NCBI GenBank assembly: GCA_049472355.1
Contig: JBLIRP010000008.1
Coordinates: 1 to 61,900 of the forward strand
Direction: 5' to 3'
DNA length: 61,900 nucleotides
Source of the DNA: a bacterium
GTDB lineage: Bacteria; SZUA-182; DTGQ01; JAFGSM01
In this document: positions 10,199-20,998 of the stretch, in pieces
How the letters are laid out: each line of letters begins with the position of its first letter
Position numbering within the stretch: position 1 is the stretch's first letter
Made by a program: the position numbers and the translations under genes
Notes under the pieces: model-generated
The model's input: the letters and a program-made list of their open reading frames with translations, nothing else
Database searches by the model: none
What the model was told of the DNA's origin: nothing

Positions 10199-11358
10199 AA
10201 CGGACCGCCTACCATATATTCGGTTGTTGTGCGGCCTTCCTGACCGTTTGCCTCATCCATCCGGGACTGAGGGGGATGTTGCACCGCTGGGGGAATCGAT
10301 GGATTTTCGTCCTCCTGCTTTCGACGAGCATCTCCTTCCTCGCAACCCCCGTGGTACGAATGCTGGCCTGGCGGTTCAGGATACTCGACGTTCCGGACAC
10401 CCGCAAGTCACACCAGGGTCCCACCCCGCTCCTGGGAGGGATTGCCATCTATTGCGGGTTTGTGGTTTCCCTGGTTTCCTACGCCGTGTTTTCCCGCGCA
10501 TTGCGATCACTCCTCCTTGCGGGCACCATCATTCTGTTCGTGGGTATTCTCGACGACTGGCGGGAAACGAGCGCCTCCCTCAGGCTGATGCTGCAGATCC
10601 TGGCAGTGGGCATCGTCATGGGAAACGGCGTCCATTTCCTCTTCCTGCCCGAAGGGCTGCTGGGAAACGCGGCCGAGTGGCTCCTCACCCTGGTGTGGAT
10701 CATCGGCATCACCAATGCACTCAATTTCCTGGACGGTCTCGACGGCCTGGCCACCGGGTCCGCGATCATCATCGCCTTCTACCTCGGGGTGGTGGCCTTT
10801 CAGTCAGGCCAGCCCTTCCTGGGGTGGGCCCTGGTGGCGATCATCGGGGGATGCCTGGGGTTTCTCCCTTACAATCTGCGGCTCGGCAGCGCCACCATCT
10901 TCCTTGGTGACGCAGGCAGCACATTCCTGGGATTTATGCTCGCAAGCCTCACGGTAATGGGCAACTGGGGCCCTGATAACGCCATCAAGACCTTCACCCC
11001 ACCCCTGCTCATCTTCGGACTCCTTATCTTCGACCTCTTCCATATCACCATCTCCCGCATAGTGAGCGGGAAGGTGACCTCATTCAAGGGATGGATCGAC
11101 TTCGTGGGCAAGGATCACCTCCACCACCGGCTTGAGACCCTGGGAATGACCAAGAAGGAGGTGGTCATGTTCATCTTTCTCTTCGAGATCTGTCTGGGGG
11201 CGGGGGCCCTGCTTATCCGCCAGATTCACGAAATGCAGGCAATGCTCCTTCTCCTGCAGAGCCTGGGGATCATCGCCCTGTTCGCCGTGCTGGAGCACCT
11301 GGGAAATGTGGCGTCAAAGGAACGGTGCGAAACGTCCGATAAGGATTATGTGTCGTGA
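10195..11358 (+). CDS. MraY-family (WecA/TagO-like) undecaprenyl-phosphate HexNAc-1-P transferase
   Basis: RKSH..PTPLLGG, GILDD, NALNFLDGLDGL, FLGDAGS, HLHHRL and many TM helices. ATGA overlap start. Confidence 0.9.
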   Translation: MKRTAYHIFGCCAAFLTVCLIHPGLRGMLHRWGNRWIFVLLLSTSISFLATPVVRMLAWRFRILDVPDTRKSHQGPTPLLGGIAIYCGFVVSLVSYAVFSRALRSLLLAGTIILFVGILDDWRETSASLRLMLQILAVGIVMGNGVHFLFLPEGLLGNAAEWLLTLVWIIGITNALNFLDGLDGLATGSAIIIAFYLGVVAFQSGQPFLGWALVAIIGGCLGFLPYNLRLGSATIFLGDAGSTFLGFMLASLTVMGNWGPDNAIKTFTPPLLIFGLLIFDLFHITISRIVSGKVTSFKGWIDFVGKDHLHHRLETLGMTKKEVVMFIFLFEICLGAGALLIRQIHEMQAMLLLLQSLGIIALFAVLEHLGNVASKERCETSDKDYVS

Positions 11359-11652
11359 GGAAAGGCCCCTCCGGCGGGTTTTGATGCAAGAATGATAATG
11401 ATAAGGATGCTGCCTATGGTGATGAGCAGGGATTGCACCATCGATACTACGAAAAAGGCCCTTGCGAAGTCCTTCGCACCGATGGAAGTATTGACACCAT
11501 ACTGCCGATATAGGTGATATAACGATACCCAGTCGGTATACCGTGGTTGGATGGTGCGAATATGAGTGTTGAGGCGAAAGAAGCGACGGACCGGAAAGAT
11601 GCCTTGTGCTTATGTTACCATGAGTTAACCAAAGGAAAAGGTTTTGGGAACA

Positions 11653-12708
11653 ATGATTGAAGATACCAATCCAGCAACCGGCACAGCACAGATTGAATCC
11701 CAAGCAACCCCCCAATTCAGCGGAGCGTCGTCGGAAGGCAAGCGGCAGCCCTTCTTCTGTGACCTTTTCTACCAGCAGCTTTGGCAGAAGGCAAAGGATT
11801 TCTATGGCTGGGCGGTTGAGTACTGCGCCCACAAGAATGAATCCATCGATACACTGAAGGGGCTGGTCAGGGACATAGAGAATGACGGGATCTGGGCCAA
11901 CCTGTTGGAGAGCCTCTCCATGGGGGACGACCTCCTCTTCAACGTGTTCATGCCCAGGGACAAGTACGATATTCTCACCCACCATCCGGTCAATGTCACC
12001 ATTCTGAGTCTGAAGCTCGGGATGGGACTCAACACATTCTCAAAACAGGACCTCAAGCGGCTGGGTCTTGCCGCCCTGATCCATGATCTGGGGATGGCGG
12101 AGATCTTGATGTCCATCATGAACAAGGACGCGAATCTCTCGGTCGGGGAGAAGCGGTCCATCGAACGACACCCTTCGGTCACCAGGTCGCTGGTCACACA
12201 ACTCGGCCTCGATTATGAGTGGCTGGCCATGGTGGTGTACCAGGAACACGAACGGGAAAACGGACAGGGATATCCGGAGGGACTCTCCGGCAACGGGATC
12301 AATCTCATGGCCAAGGTCATCGGCCTCATGGATACCGTCGATGCGATGATCCATCCCCGGCCGTGGAGGAGATCGATTCCTCCGCCCGACGTGATCCAGG
12401 CCCTTCTGACCAGTCAGAGGGAGTTCTTCGCCTCCGATCTGGTAAAGGCGCTTATCCGGGAGGTGTCCCCGTTTCCCCCGGGAAGTTATGTGCGCCTCAA
12501 TTCCAAGGAAATCGGGCAGGTTATCCGGGTGGCAAAGAAGCATCCCCTGCGGCCCGATATGATCATCTGGTTTGATTCAACCGGGGTGCGGATACGCGAG
12601 CCGAAGATCGTGCAGCTCAAATCACAGCCGTTCCTGCATATTGTAGGTTCGGTGGATACGGAGGAACTCCCCTCCCAGACAGTAAAGGTAATGGATGCCG
12701 AGCGATGA
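11653..12708 (+). CDS. HD-GYP domain protein (cyclic di-nucleotide phosphodiesterase-like)
   Basis: HPVNV, IHDLG, EHERENGQGYPEGL, DAM..PRPWR; C-terminal FPPGSYVRLNSKEIG. Confidence 0.85.
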   Translation: MIEDTNPATGTAQIESQATPQFSGASSEGKRQPFFCDLFYQQLWQKAKDFYGWAVEYCAHKNESIDTLKGLVRDIENDGIWANLLESLSMGDDLLFNVFMPRDKYDILTHHPVNVTILSLKLGMGLNTFSKQDLKRLGLAALIHDLGMAEILMSIMNKDANLSVGEKRSIERHPSVTRSLVTQLGLDYEWLAMVVYQEHERENGQGYPEGLSGNGINLMAKVIGLMDTVDAMIHPRPWRRSIPPPDVIQALLTSQREFFASDLVKALIREVSPFPPGSYVRLNSKEIGQVIRVAKKHPLRPDMIIWFDSTGVRIREPKIVQLKSQPFLHIVGSVDTEELPSQTVKVMDAER

Positions 12709-15194
12709 GAGCCATTGACACACATACGTATGGTGTATCATACCGTACACGGTCATCAAGGATCGCCTGCGTAGTTGCCCTCATGACCGCCGTGCTCATG
12801 CTTTTTGCCGGCGGGTGCGCAAAGCCGGTGCGTGAATTTTCACCCGGCAAATTCTCACTCCTGCAAGGCCCCCCCCTTGCCGGTCACTTCCTCACTATAG
12901 CAGCGGGTGATTTCGACGGTGACGGGTACACCGATCTGGTTGCAGGCAACTCCGTGCCCACCGGACATGACCTGGTGATCTGGTACGGCGCGGGCGACGG
13001 GACCTGGAACAGAATGGTGAAGCTCCCTGTGTACGGTGCGGTCCATTCCCTGGCGACCGGCGACGTCAACGACGACGGACTCGAGGATATATGCCTTTCC
13101 GTCTGGGAGCGAAGCCTGGGTATCATCGTCTGGCTGAACAGGGGGAACGATCTCTGGCAGCAGATGCACTCGCCTTCCAGGTCCGGGCTCTATGACGGGG
13201 TTCGCCTCCATGACCTCAATGGGGATGGGAGGGATGACATCATAGCGGCCAACCATTCCCTGGATACGGGAATACCCGGTGGCATCCACGTTTGGCTCAG
13301 CAAGGAGACCGGGGAGTGGAGCAACAACCTGGGTCCGATCGGGCATGGCCGATTTGCCAACATAACGATCGCCGATCTGAACCTGGACGGCAGCCCCGAC
13401 ATTGCGGGAACGAGCTGGGGCCCTGACGGACAATGCGCGGTATGGCTTGGAAGAGAGAGGATGCAGAACTGGGCGGCAATGCCTCCCCTGGATGCCGGGA
13501 ATTTTTGGGGTATCGAGTCCGCAGACCTCAACAATGACGGAATTCTCGATCTGATCACCTCCACCTACAAGGAGGGGATACGCATCTATTATGGGGATTG
13601 CACCGGTCTTTTTTCACCGGCCCAGGTCCTCACCGATACCGGTCACTTCTGGGACGTCGTGCCCTGCGACCTGAACGGAGACGGCTGGCTGGACATCCTG
13701 GCAAGCACCTTCGATGATAAGGGGATCGGTGTGTGGATCAATGCGGGCGCCGGTGCATACACAGAGTGGAACAACCAGAGCGGGCACATGAAGATCGGTA
13801 CACGGACATGGAGGCCGATGCCCGGATTGCTCCCCAACTACGGCAGCTTCTATCAGATGCTCGTTGGCGATTTCGACCGGGACGGCCATACGGATCTTGC
13901 TGCGGCACACCGTGGGCAGGGGGTGAAGGTATGGGTGAATCTCATCAACTCCGATCAGATTGCCGGGCTCAACGCCGAATTGCTCAACGATCCCAATGTC
14001 CCTGCAATGCCCCAGACCAAACGCGTTGCACAGACCGGCCAGTCAAACGGACTGGTAAGCAGCGACCGCTTCGAAGAGTACTTCCTGAACGGGGATGCCG
14101 CCGACGTGCCCCGCAGGAAGTCGAATGGGAATCCATCGAGTGGAAACCCAACCCAAGGGAATGCGCACCGTACTGTCAATACCGAAACCGAGATCGAGGG
14201 GGAAGATGGCGGGTACCAGATAAACGGCGGCACCTCAATGCTTGCCGCAAAAATGGATGACGACAAGGATAACCGGGTGTTCCGGATGATAAACGGGGTT
14301 GCGGAATACATCATCGGCCCGGGTGATACCGTGGAAATCACCTTCTGGGAGGCCATGGACGCCAAGGTCTATACCGTGATCGTCAAACCCGACGGCGCAA
14401 TATCCACCCCTTTTTTCGAGGATTTCAAGATCGGCGGGCTCACCGCCTTTGAGGTGGATCAGCTTCTCACAAGAAAGATGAAGCGGTTCATGCACAATCC
14501 CAAGATCGATGTCCGGATCATCGAGTTCAACAGCAAAAAGGCCACCATCCTGGGGGCGATTGCACACCCCAGTCCTGACAAGGGCGCCGGCACCTACAGC
14601 CTTACGGGTAAGACCAGGGTCCTGGAGTTCGTGGCCCGGGCAGGCGGGCCTGGTCCCGATGCGGATCTCAAACGGGTGGAGGTGATCCACCGCGGGGAGA
14701 CAAAAAAACTGAACCTCTACAAGGCCATATTTCAGGCCGATTGCACCCAGAATATCATTGTTGACAACGACGACGTGATCTTTATCCCCCGCATCAGCGA
14801 CACCTCCTCCAAGGTGTATATCTTCGGAGAGATCAACTCCCCGGGCATCTACACCTTTTCCGGGCCGTTCACCGTGCTGGATGCCATTGCCCAGGCAAAG
14901 GGATACGGCAAGGACGCCCGCATCGATTCCATCAAGGTGGTCCGCGGAGATCTGGCGAACCCCGAGGTCATAGCATGCAATCTGTCCGATATCATCAAGA
15001 AGGGTGATATCGTCAGCAACGTGCACCTCATGAACAACGACCTCATCTACGTGCCCAAGAGCACGATTGCCAATATGAAGCGTTTTGTGGAGAAGGTTGA
15101 CTCCCTGCTGAAACTGGTGCTCTATCCGGTGGCACTGGTCAACACCATCAAGGACCCCGAAGATCTGGAGCTGCGACTCGATGTCGGCTATTAA
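12705..15194 (+). CDS. Lipoprotein with FG-GAP/VCBS repeats fused to a Wza-like polysaccharide export domain plus SLBB domains
   Basis: Lipobox LFAGGC; about seven GDFDGDG..DL-type repeats; then YIIGPGDTVEI, VKPDGAIS.P, ILGAI and VYIFGEINSPG. Confidence 0.88.
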   Translation: MRAIDTHTYGVSYRTRSSRIACVVALMTAVLMLFAGGCAKPVREFSPGKFSLLQGPPLAGHFLTIAAGDFDGDGYTDLVAGNSVPTGHDLVIWYGAGDGTWNRMVKLPVYGAVHSLATGDVNDDGLEDICLSVWERSLGIIVWLNRGNDLWQQMHSPSRSGLYDGVRLHDLNGDGRDDIIAANHSLDTGIPGGIHVWLSKETGEWSNNLGPIGHGRFANITIADLNLDGSPDIAGTSWGPDGQCAVWLGRERMQNWAAMPPLDAGNFWGIESADLNNDGILDLITSTYKEGIRIYYGDCTGLFSPAQVLTDTGHFWDVVPCDLNGDGWLDILASTFDDKGIGVWINAGAGAYTEWNNQSGHMKIGTRTWRPMPGLLPNYGSFYQMLVGDFDRDGHTDLAAAHRGQGVKVWVNLINSDQIAGLNAELLNDPNVPAMPQTKRVAQTGQSNGLVSSDRFEEYFLNGDAADVPRRKSNGNPSSGNPTQGNAHRTVNTETEIEGEDGGYQINGGTSMLAAKMDDDKDNRVFRMINGVAEYIIGPGDTVEITFWEAMDAKVYTVIVKPDGAISTPFFEDFKIGGLTAFEVDQLLTRKMKRFMHNPKIDVRIIEFNSKKATILGAIAHPSPDKGAGTYSLTGKTRVLEFVARAGGPGPDADLKRVEVIHRGETKKLNLYKAIFQADCTQNIIVDNDDVIFIPRISDTSSKVYIFGEINSPGIYTFSGPFTVLDAIAQAKGYGKDARIDSIKVVRGDLANPEVIACNLSDIIKKGDIVSNVHLMNNDLIYVPKSTIANMKRFVEKVDSLLKLVLYPVALVNTIKDPEDLELRLDVGY

Positions 15195-15211
15195 CCAAGG
15201 GTGGATGGATT

Positions 15212-17365
15212 ATGGCACAGTATGAATTGAATCTAAAGGATTATTGGTTCATCGTCCGCAAGAGGAAGATGCTCATCATCCTCGTTGCGCTCCTGATAGG
15301 GATCTTCAGCTTTATCTTCGCATACGTCAACAAGCCGACCCCCATCTTCGAGGCGACCACCCAGGTAAAGATCGAACGGAACACCACCTTTGCGGGGCTC
15401 ATGCTCGAGGTCATCCGGTGGACCTCCTGGAACGACATGGAGACCAACGCCCGGATCGTCAAAAGCTTCTCCCTCGTCGAACAGGTGGCCAAGAAGCTGG
15501 GGTATGTCGATCCCAATATGAACACCCTGGAGATCCTCAACAACGAGAAAGTCATCCAGAAGATAAACGATATCCAGTCAAAGACCTCCGCGTCCCAGAT
15601 CTCATCGAGCAATATCCTGGAGATACGGGTCACCTCGGATGATCCCCGGGAGGCCCAGACCCTCGCCAATACCATAACGGAGACCTTCAGGCAGGAAAAC
15701 ATCGGCCTCAACAACAGACGGATCATCGAGGCGAAGATGCTCATCGAGAACCTTCTGCGAAAACAAAATGATCGGCTCGTGGTTGCCGAGGAGGACCTGA
15801 AGGTGTTCAGGAGGAACGAGAGCCTCTTCGGCATCAATCAAACCACCGACTACGCCTCCGACAAGTTCCTGGATGCGCGGAAGAATATCGAGGAGATCCA
15901 GAAACAGAAGAGGACCACCGCCTGGATGATCAACGAGCTGAGTCAGCGGAATGCCTCCGTGTACGAGGTGTTCAACACCATCTTCCTCACCCCCGACCTT
16001 CAGAAATTCTATGAGGACATGCGCGAGCTGGTGACGGTGAAGGAGGCGCTCCTGCTCGACTACACCGAGGAGCATCCGGCGGTCAGGAAGGTGCAGCGGC
16101 AGATCGACGGAATAAGGGCCGAGATCCTCACCCACCTCGTCAACAAGAACGAGAATCTCCACAAGGAGGAGGACCTTGCCAAAAACATGCTCGCCCTGAC
16201 CGAGGAGGAGGCCAAGCAGGCCCTTGAATACGAGATCGAATTCAACCGGCTGGACAGGGAGATCAAACTGAATGAACGGTTGGTGACCTTTTTGAAGGAA
16301 AAGTACCAGGAGGCCCTTATCAGGGAATCCGGCCCCATCGAGGAGATATACATCATAAAGCCCGCCCTGCTGCCCAAAAAACCTATAAACCCCCACAGCA
16401 GCGCAAAGCCGACCATGATCGGGACCATCATCGGCCTCATCATCGGGATGGTTGCATCCTTCCTCGCCGAGAGCCTGGATCCCTCGATCGGAACCATCGA
16501 AGAGGTGGAATCCTATCTGGGAGTCCCCGCCCTGGGGATCATTCACTATGCAACCATGGACAATATAGAGAAATATATGCGCAAGCATGCGATCCGGCTT
16601 GAGAATGAAAAGGTGCTCAAGCACATCATCTACCTGATGACGCTGTGCATGCCCAAGTATGTGACATCGGAAATGTACCGCACCCTGCGCACGACACTGC
16701 AGTTTGCCGCCGAGGACAAGAAGGCGAAGGCCTTTTTGGTCACCAGCGCCGTGGACGGCGAGGGCAAGACCTCGGTGAGCGTCAACATTGCCTTCACCCT
16801 TGCACAGATAGGCAAGAAGACCCTTCTGATCGGCGGGGATTTCCGCAGACCACAGATTCACAAGATATTCGGGATCGACAGGGAGCCCGGCCTCGCCGAC
16901 GTGCTTCTCGGGAACTGCAAATGGGAGAATGTGGTGCGCGATGCCGCGGATATCCTGCTCGGCACCCTGAGCATCAAGAACGCCATCTCATCCCCCGGTC
17001 TCGACAACCTGCATATCATGACCTGCGGCATCCAGACGATCCAGTCGGTGGAGATCCTGCAATCAAACACCATGAACAACCTGTTGGAGCAGCTCAAGAA
17101 GCACTACGACTATATCATCATCGATTCCACCCCCATCGTCCCGGTCAGTGACGCCATCGTCCTGAGCGCGAAGATGGACGGCACCATCATCGTCTACCGG
17201 GTCGGGAAGGTCAGCCAGATGCTCCTCAAGAGGGCCAAGCTCCAGCTCGATACGGTGAAGGCGAACGTTTTGGGCATCGTCTTCAACGGCTTGAGGCAGG
17301 ATGCACTCAAGGAGATCTTTTCATCGGGGTATAAGGTTTATCAGTACTACGATGAAAAAAAATGA
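15212..17365 (+). CDS. wzc: Wzc-type polysaccharide co-polymerase / BY tyrosine kinase
   Basis: Two TM helices with a coiled coil between them; EMYRTLRT, Walker A SAVDGEGKT, DFRRP, IIIDSTP; C-terminal Tyr cluster GYKVYQYY. Confidence 0.9.
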   Translation: MAQYELNLKDYWFIVRKRKMLIILVALLIGIFSFIFAYVNKPTPIFEATTQVKIERNTTFAGLMLEVIRWTSWNDMETNARIVKSFSLVEQVAKKLGYVDPNMNTLEILNNEKVIQKINDIQSKTSASQISSSNILEIRVTSDDPREAQTLANTITETFRQENIGLNNRRIIEAKMLIENLLRKQNDRLVVAEEDLKVFRRNESLFGINQTTDYASDKFLDARKNIEEIQKQKRTTAWMINELSQRNASVYEVFNTIFLTPDLQKFYEDMRELVTVKEALLLDYTEEHPAVRKVQRQIDGIRAEILTHLVNKNENLHKEEDLAKNMLALTEEEAKQALEYEIEFNRLDREIKLNERLVTFLKEKYQEALIRESGPIEEIYIIKPALLPKKPINPHSSAKPTMIGTIIGLIIGMVASFLAESLDPSIGTIEEVESYLGVPALGIIHYATMDNIEKYMRKHAIRLENEKVLKHIIYLMTLCMPKYVTSEMYRTLRTTLQFAAEDKKAKAFLVTSAVDGEGKTSVSVNIAFTLAQIGKKTLLIGGDFRRPQIHKIFGIDREPGLADVLLGNCKWENVVRDAADILLGTLSIKNAISSPGLDNLHIMTCGIQTIQSVEILQSNTMNNLLEQLKKHYDYIIIDSTPIVPVSDAIVLSAKMDGTIIVYRVGKVSQMLLKRAKLQLDTVKANVLGIVFNGLRQDALKEIFSSGYKVYQYYDEKK

Positions 17366-18798
17366 TTGGCAACAAATTTCCCATGCTCAGACATGACAAA
17401 AACCACGGCGCGCTCCAGCTTCTCTTACTGTTTATCTTCGTCACCCTTTTGCTGAGCACCTCCTTTTTCATGTCCCAGGTCAAGCCCTTCATGGCGATCG
17501 GGATCGCCCTCGCCATCGGGATATTCCTCGTCTCCTTCCTGGACACGAACGTGGCCCTGTACATCCTCATCCTCTCCATGCTCCTCTCACCGGAGTTCGG
17601 CCAGCGAACGGTGGCAGGCAGGGGGTTTACCCTTCGCATCGAGGACATCATCCTTCTCATCGTCGGGTTCGCATGGCTCGCCAAGAATGCCTATTACAAG
17701 GAAGTCGAGGAGATCGGCCTTTTGAGGAAGACGCCGATCAATCCTTACATCTATGCCTATATCGTGGTGTGCGCCGCCGCCACCGCCGTGGGCATGATTG
17801 CAGGCAGGGTGGATGCGACCAGGGGGTTTTTCTTTGTCCTGAAATATTTCGAATACATCATCGTGTTCTTCATACTGATAAACCATCTCCATACGAAGAA
17901 ACAGGTTCGGGAGTTTACGATCCTCCTGCTCATCACCTGCTTCATCGTGTGCGTCATCGCCATCGTGCAGATACCGCGTGGGGTGCGCGTATCCGCTCCC
18001 TTCGAGGGGACCCACGGCGAACCGAATACCCTGGGGGGCTACCTGGTCCTCATGCTCGCCCTGTGCATCGGCATCATCTATACCATCGATTCCATGACCG
18101 TGCGCATGTATACCACCGCGCTCACCCTCATCATCACCTTCGTGCTCCTCTACACCCTGTCCAGGAGTTCATGGGTCGCGGCATTGTCCCTCGTGCCCTT
18201 TTTTCTCTTCTTCCTGAAAGGAAACAAGCGGGTGACCGCCGGGCTCACGGCCACCACAGCGGTGTGCCTGCTGATCCTTCTTGCACCTCATGAGGTGCGG
18301 GAGAGGGTTTCCAGTACGTTCATCAAGGAGAATGTCTCCTATCAGCACCAGACCATTTTGGGAAAGAAGCTGGACCAGTCGGCATCGGCCCGGATTTCCG
18401 ACTGGAAAATCGGCCTGAGGGACTGGCTGAAAAATCACTTTATCCTGGGGTACGGGATCACCGGGTATTTCTTCATGGACGCCCAGTACGTGAAGATTGT
18501 GGTGGAGACCGGGATAATCGGTCTCGTCGCCTTTCTCGCCCTTATCTTCGGGATCTTCAAATATGCCTGGCGTTCCTATACCAAGGTTCAATCACCCCTG
18601 TTCAAGGGGCTGGCCCTGGGGTATCTGGCAGGTCTGGGTGCCCTGCTCGTGCATAGCATCGGTACCAACACCTTCATCATCGTGCGCATTATGGAGCCAT
18701 TCTGGTTCCTGACGGGCATGGTGCTCATGCTTCCTGAAATCGAGGGAAGGCCCGATGAGGAAGAGGAATACGCCCCCACTGTGACTTTGGCCGCATAG
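17362..18798 (+). CDS. O-antigen ligase / Wzy-like polymerase family membrane protein
   Basis: Many TM helices; PNTLGGYL, TLSRSSW, SASARI..W, ILGYG, ETGIIGL. Confidence 0.82.
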   Translation: MIGNKFPMLRHDKNHGALQLLLLFIFVTLLLSTSFFMSQVKPFMAIGIALAIGIFLVSFLDTNVALYILILSMLLSPEFGQRTVAGRGFTLRIEDIILLIVGFAWLAKNAYYKEVEEIGLLRKTPINPYIYAYIVVCAAATAVGMIAGRVDATRGFFFVLKYFEYIIVFFILINHLHTKKQVREFTILLLITCFIVCVIAIVQIPRGVRVSAPFEGTHGEPNTLGGYLVLMLALCIGIIYTIDSMTVRMYTTALTLIITFVLLYTLSRSSWVAALSLVPFFLFFLKGNKRVTAGLTATTAVCLLILLAPHEVRERVSSTFIKENVSYQHQTILGKKLDQSASARISDWKIGLRDWLKNHFILGYGITGYFFMDAQYVKIVVETGIIGLVAFLALIFGIFKYAWRSYTKVQSPLFKGLALGYLAGLGALLVHSIGTNTFIIVRIMEPFWFLTGMVLMLPEIEGRPDEEEEYAPTVTLAA

Positions 18799-18835
18799 CG
18801 GCTGAAGCACTTCATCAGACAAAGCGCACGTTCAC

Positions 18836-19672
18836 ATGGAATCAGCCCTCGACAGTAACATCACCATCATAGAGCCCCGCACGGGGTGGCTGGCGGGATT
18901 CAGCCTCAGGGAGATGGTGCGGTACCGTGAGCTCCTCTACTTCCTGGTGTGGCGGGACGTCAAGGTGCGCTACAAGCAGACGGCGCTGGGTGCTGCCTGG
19001 GCCGTGCTGCAGCCCTTCTTCACCATGGTGGTGTTCACCGTGTTCTTCGGAAGGATGGCGGGGGTGCCCTCGGACGGGATCCCCTACCCCATCTTTTCCT
19101 ATGCGGCCCTGCTTCCCTGGACATACTTTTCAAACGCCGTCTCCCAGTCGGGGAACAGCCTGGTGAACAACGCGAACCTCATCACCAAGGTGTACTTCCC
19201 CCGCCTGTGCATCCCCATGGGCGCCACCCTCGCCGGTCTGGTGGACTTCTCCATCGCCATGGTGGTGCTCGGGGGGATGATGGCCTGGTACCGGTACGTG
19301 CCGGGCGCAGGACTCCTGCTCTTCCCCCTCCTGGTGGCGGTGACCTTTCTGCTGGCCACCGGTGTGGGGCTCCTGCTGTCCGCCCTGAACGTGCAGTACC
19401 GGGATGTGCGGTACGTCATCCCCTTTCTGGTGCAGGTGTGGCTGTTCGTGACGCCGGTCATCTACCCGGTGAGCCTCGCCGGGAGGTATGCCTGGCTTCT
19501 GTACCTGAACCCCATGGCCGGGATCATCGAGGGATTCAGGGCATGTATCCTGGGGCATAAACCCATCCCCTGGTCCCCCATCGGTATCTCCGTGCTCCTG
19601 ACCCTTCTCCTGTTCATGGCCGGATCGATTTACTTTCATCGCATGGAAAGGCAATTCGCCGATGTGGTGTGA
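18836..19672 (+). CDS. wzm: Wzm-type ABC-2 polysaccharide exporter permease
   Basis: RDVKVRYKQT.LG..W..LQP, KVYFPR, TPVIYP, LNPM, FADVV. Confidence 0.92.
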   Translation: MESALDSNITIIEPRTGWLAGFSLREMVRYRELLYFLVWRDVKVRYKQTALGAAWAVLQPFFTMVVFTVFFGRMAGVPSDGIPYPIFSYAALLPWTYFSNAVSQSGNSLVNNANLITKVYFPRLCIPMGATLAGLVDFSIAMVVLGGMMAWYRYVPGAGLLLFPLLVAVTFLLATGVGLLLSALNVQYRDVRYVIPFLVQVWLFVTPVIYPVSLAGRYAWLLYLNPMAGIIEGFRACILGHKPIPWSPIGISVLLTLLLFMAGSIYFHRMERQFADVV

Positions 19673-19684
19673 GGAAGGAATGCC

Positions 19685-20998
19685 GTGAGCGATACAGCCA
19701 TCAAGGTGGAGTGCCTGTCCAAGCGCTACCGCATCGGCACCAGGGAGCCGTATCGCACCCTGCGCGATTCGATTGTGGCTGCAATCAGGCGCCCCCTGCG
19801 CAGGATTGCTCGTCGGGGGAATATTTCTCCCGGTTCGGAGACCATCTGGGCACTGAAGGACGTGTCCGTGAAGGTCGGCGAGGGAGAGGTCCTGGGGATC
19901 ATCGGACGCAACGGTGCGGGCAAGACCACCCTCTTGAAGATCCTCTCGCGAATCACCCAGCCTACGGAGGGAAGGGTGACGCTCTTCGGGCGGGTGGCCA
20001 GCCTCCTCGAGGTGGGCACCGGGTTCCACCCCGAGCTCACCGGACGGGAGAATATCTACCTCAACGGGGCCATCCTGGGGATGAACCGGTTCGAGATCGG
20101 CAGGAAGTTCGACGAGATCGTTTCCTTTGCCGAGATCGAACAGTTCCTGGATACGCCGGTGAAGCGATACTCGAGCGGCATGTACATGCGCCTTGCCTTT
20201 GCCGTTGCCGCGCACCTGGAGCCCGAGATCCTCCTGGTGGACGAGGTGCTGGCGGTCGGGGACGCGGCGTTTCAGAAAAAGTGCCTGGGGAAGATGGGTG
20301 CGGTTGCCAGGGAGGGCCGCACGGTGTTGTTCGTGAGCCACAACATGGCGGCGATCCGTTCCCTGTGCACCCGGGTGATCCTCCTGGAGTCCGGCCGGGT
20401 AAGGAATTCGGGAGGCGCCGAGGAGATCATCTCCGAGTACCTGGGCATGGACGGGGGCACTGCAGGGGAACGCGAGTGGTCGGATTCCTCGGAAGCGCCG
20501 GGGGACAACGATCTCCGGATACGCGCCGTGCGCATCCGAAACAGCGGGCAGGAGGTCTCCTCGTCCGTCAAGGACAGTGAGGATATGTACGTGGACATCG
20601 AGTATCAGGCATCCACCCCCCTTCGGGATGTGCGTCTCGGGTTCTATCTCCTGGCCACCGACGGGACCGTTATACTGACCTCCGGCGACGGCGACGCTGT
20701 GTCCGGAGCGATCCTGCGCGCACCGGGCATCTACCGCGCCAGGTGCCGAATCCCCAAGTACTTTCTGAACAGCGGCTCCTATGTCATAAAGCTGTTCGGC
20801 CACATCCCCGGCATCCGGCTGCTCTTCGACGGGGACGTGCTGCTTCCCTTCTCCGTGACCCAGACCACCGAGATCGGGGGCCACGGGAGGAGCCCGGGTT
20901 TCATACGCACGCTGTTTGAATGGGACACGAAGAGGGTCGCTCTTACGGAGGATGCGAAACAGAAGGAATGCACCACAGTGGGAGGACGGACGGCATGA
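19685..20998 (+). CDS. wzt: Wzt-type ABC ATPase with C-terminal carbohydrate-binding (Wzt_C) domain
   Basis: Walker A GRNGAGKTT, YSSGMYMRLAF, DEVLAVGD, FVSHN, plus a C-terminal extension. Confidence 0.92.
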   Translation: MSDTAIKVECLSKRYRIGTREPYRTLRDSIVAAIRRPLRRIARRGNISPGSETIWALKDVSVKVGEGEVLGIIGRNGAGKTTLLKILSRITQPTEGRVTLFGRVASLLEVGTGFHPELTGRENIYLNGAILGMNRFEIGRKFDEIVSFAEIEQFLDTPVKRYSSGMYMRLAFAVAAHLEPEILLVDEVLAVGDAAFQKKCLGKMGAVAREGRTVLFVSHNMAAIRSLCTRVILLESGRVRNSGGAEEIISEYLGMDGGTAGEREWSDSSEAPGDNDLRIRAVRIRNSGQEVSSSVKDSEDMYVDIEYQASTPLRDVRLGFYLLATDGTVILTSGDGDAVSGAILRAPGIYRARCRIPKYFLNSGSYVIKLFGHIPGIRLLFDGDVLLPFSVTQTTEIGGHGRSPGFIRTLFEWDTKRVALTEDAKQKECTTVGGRTA

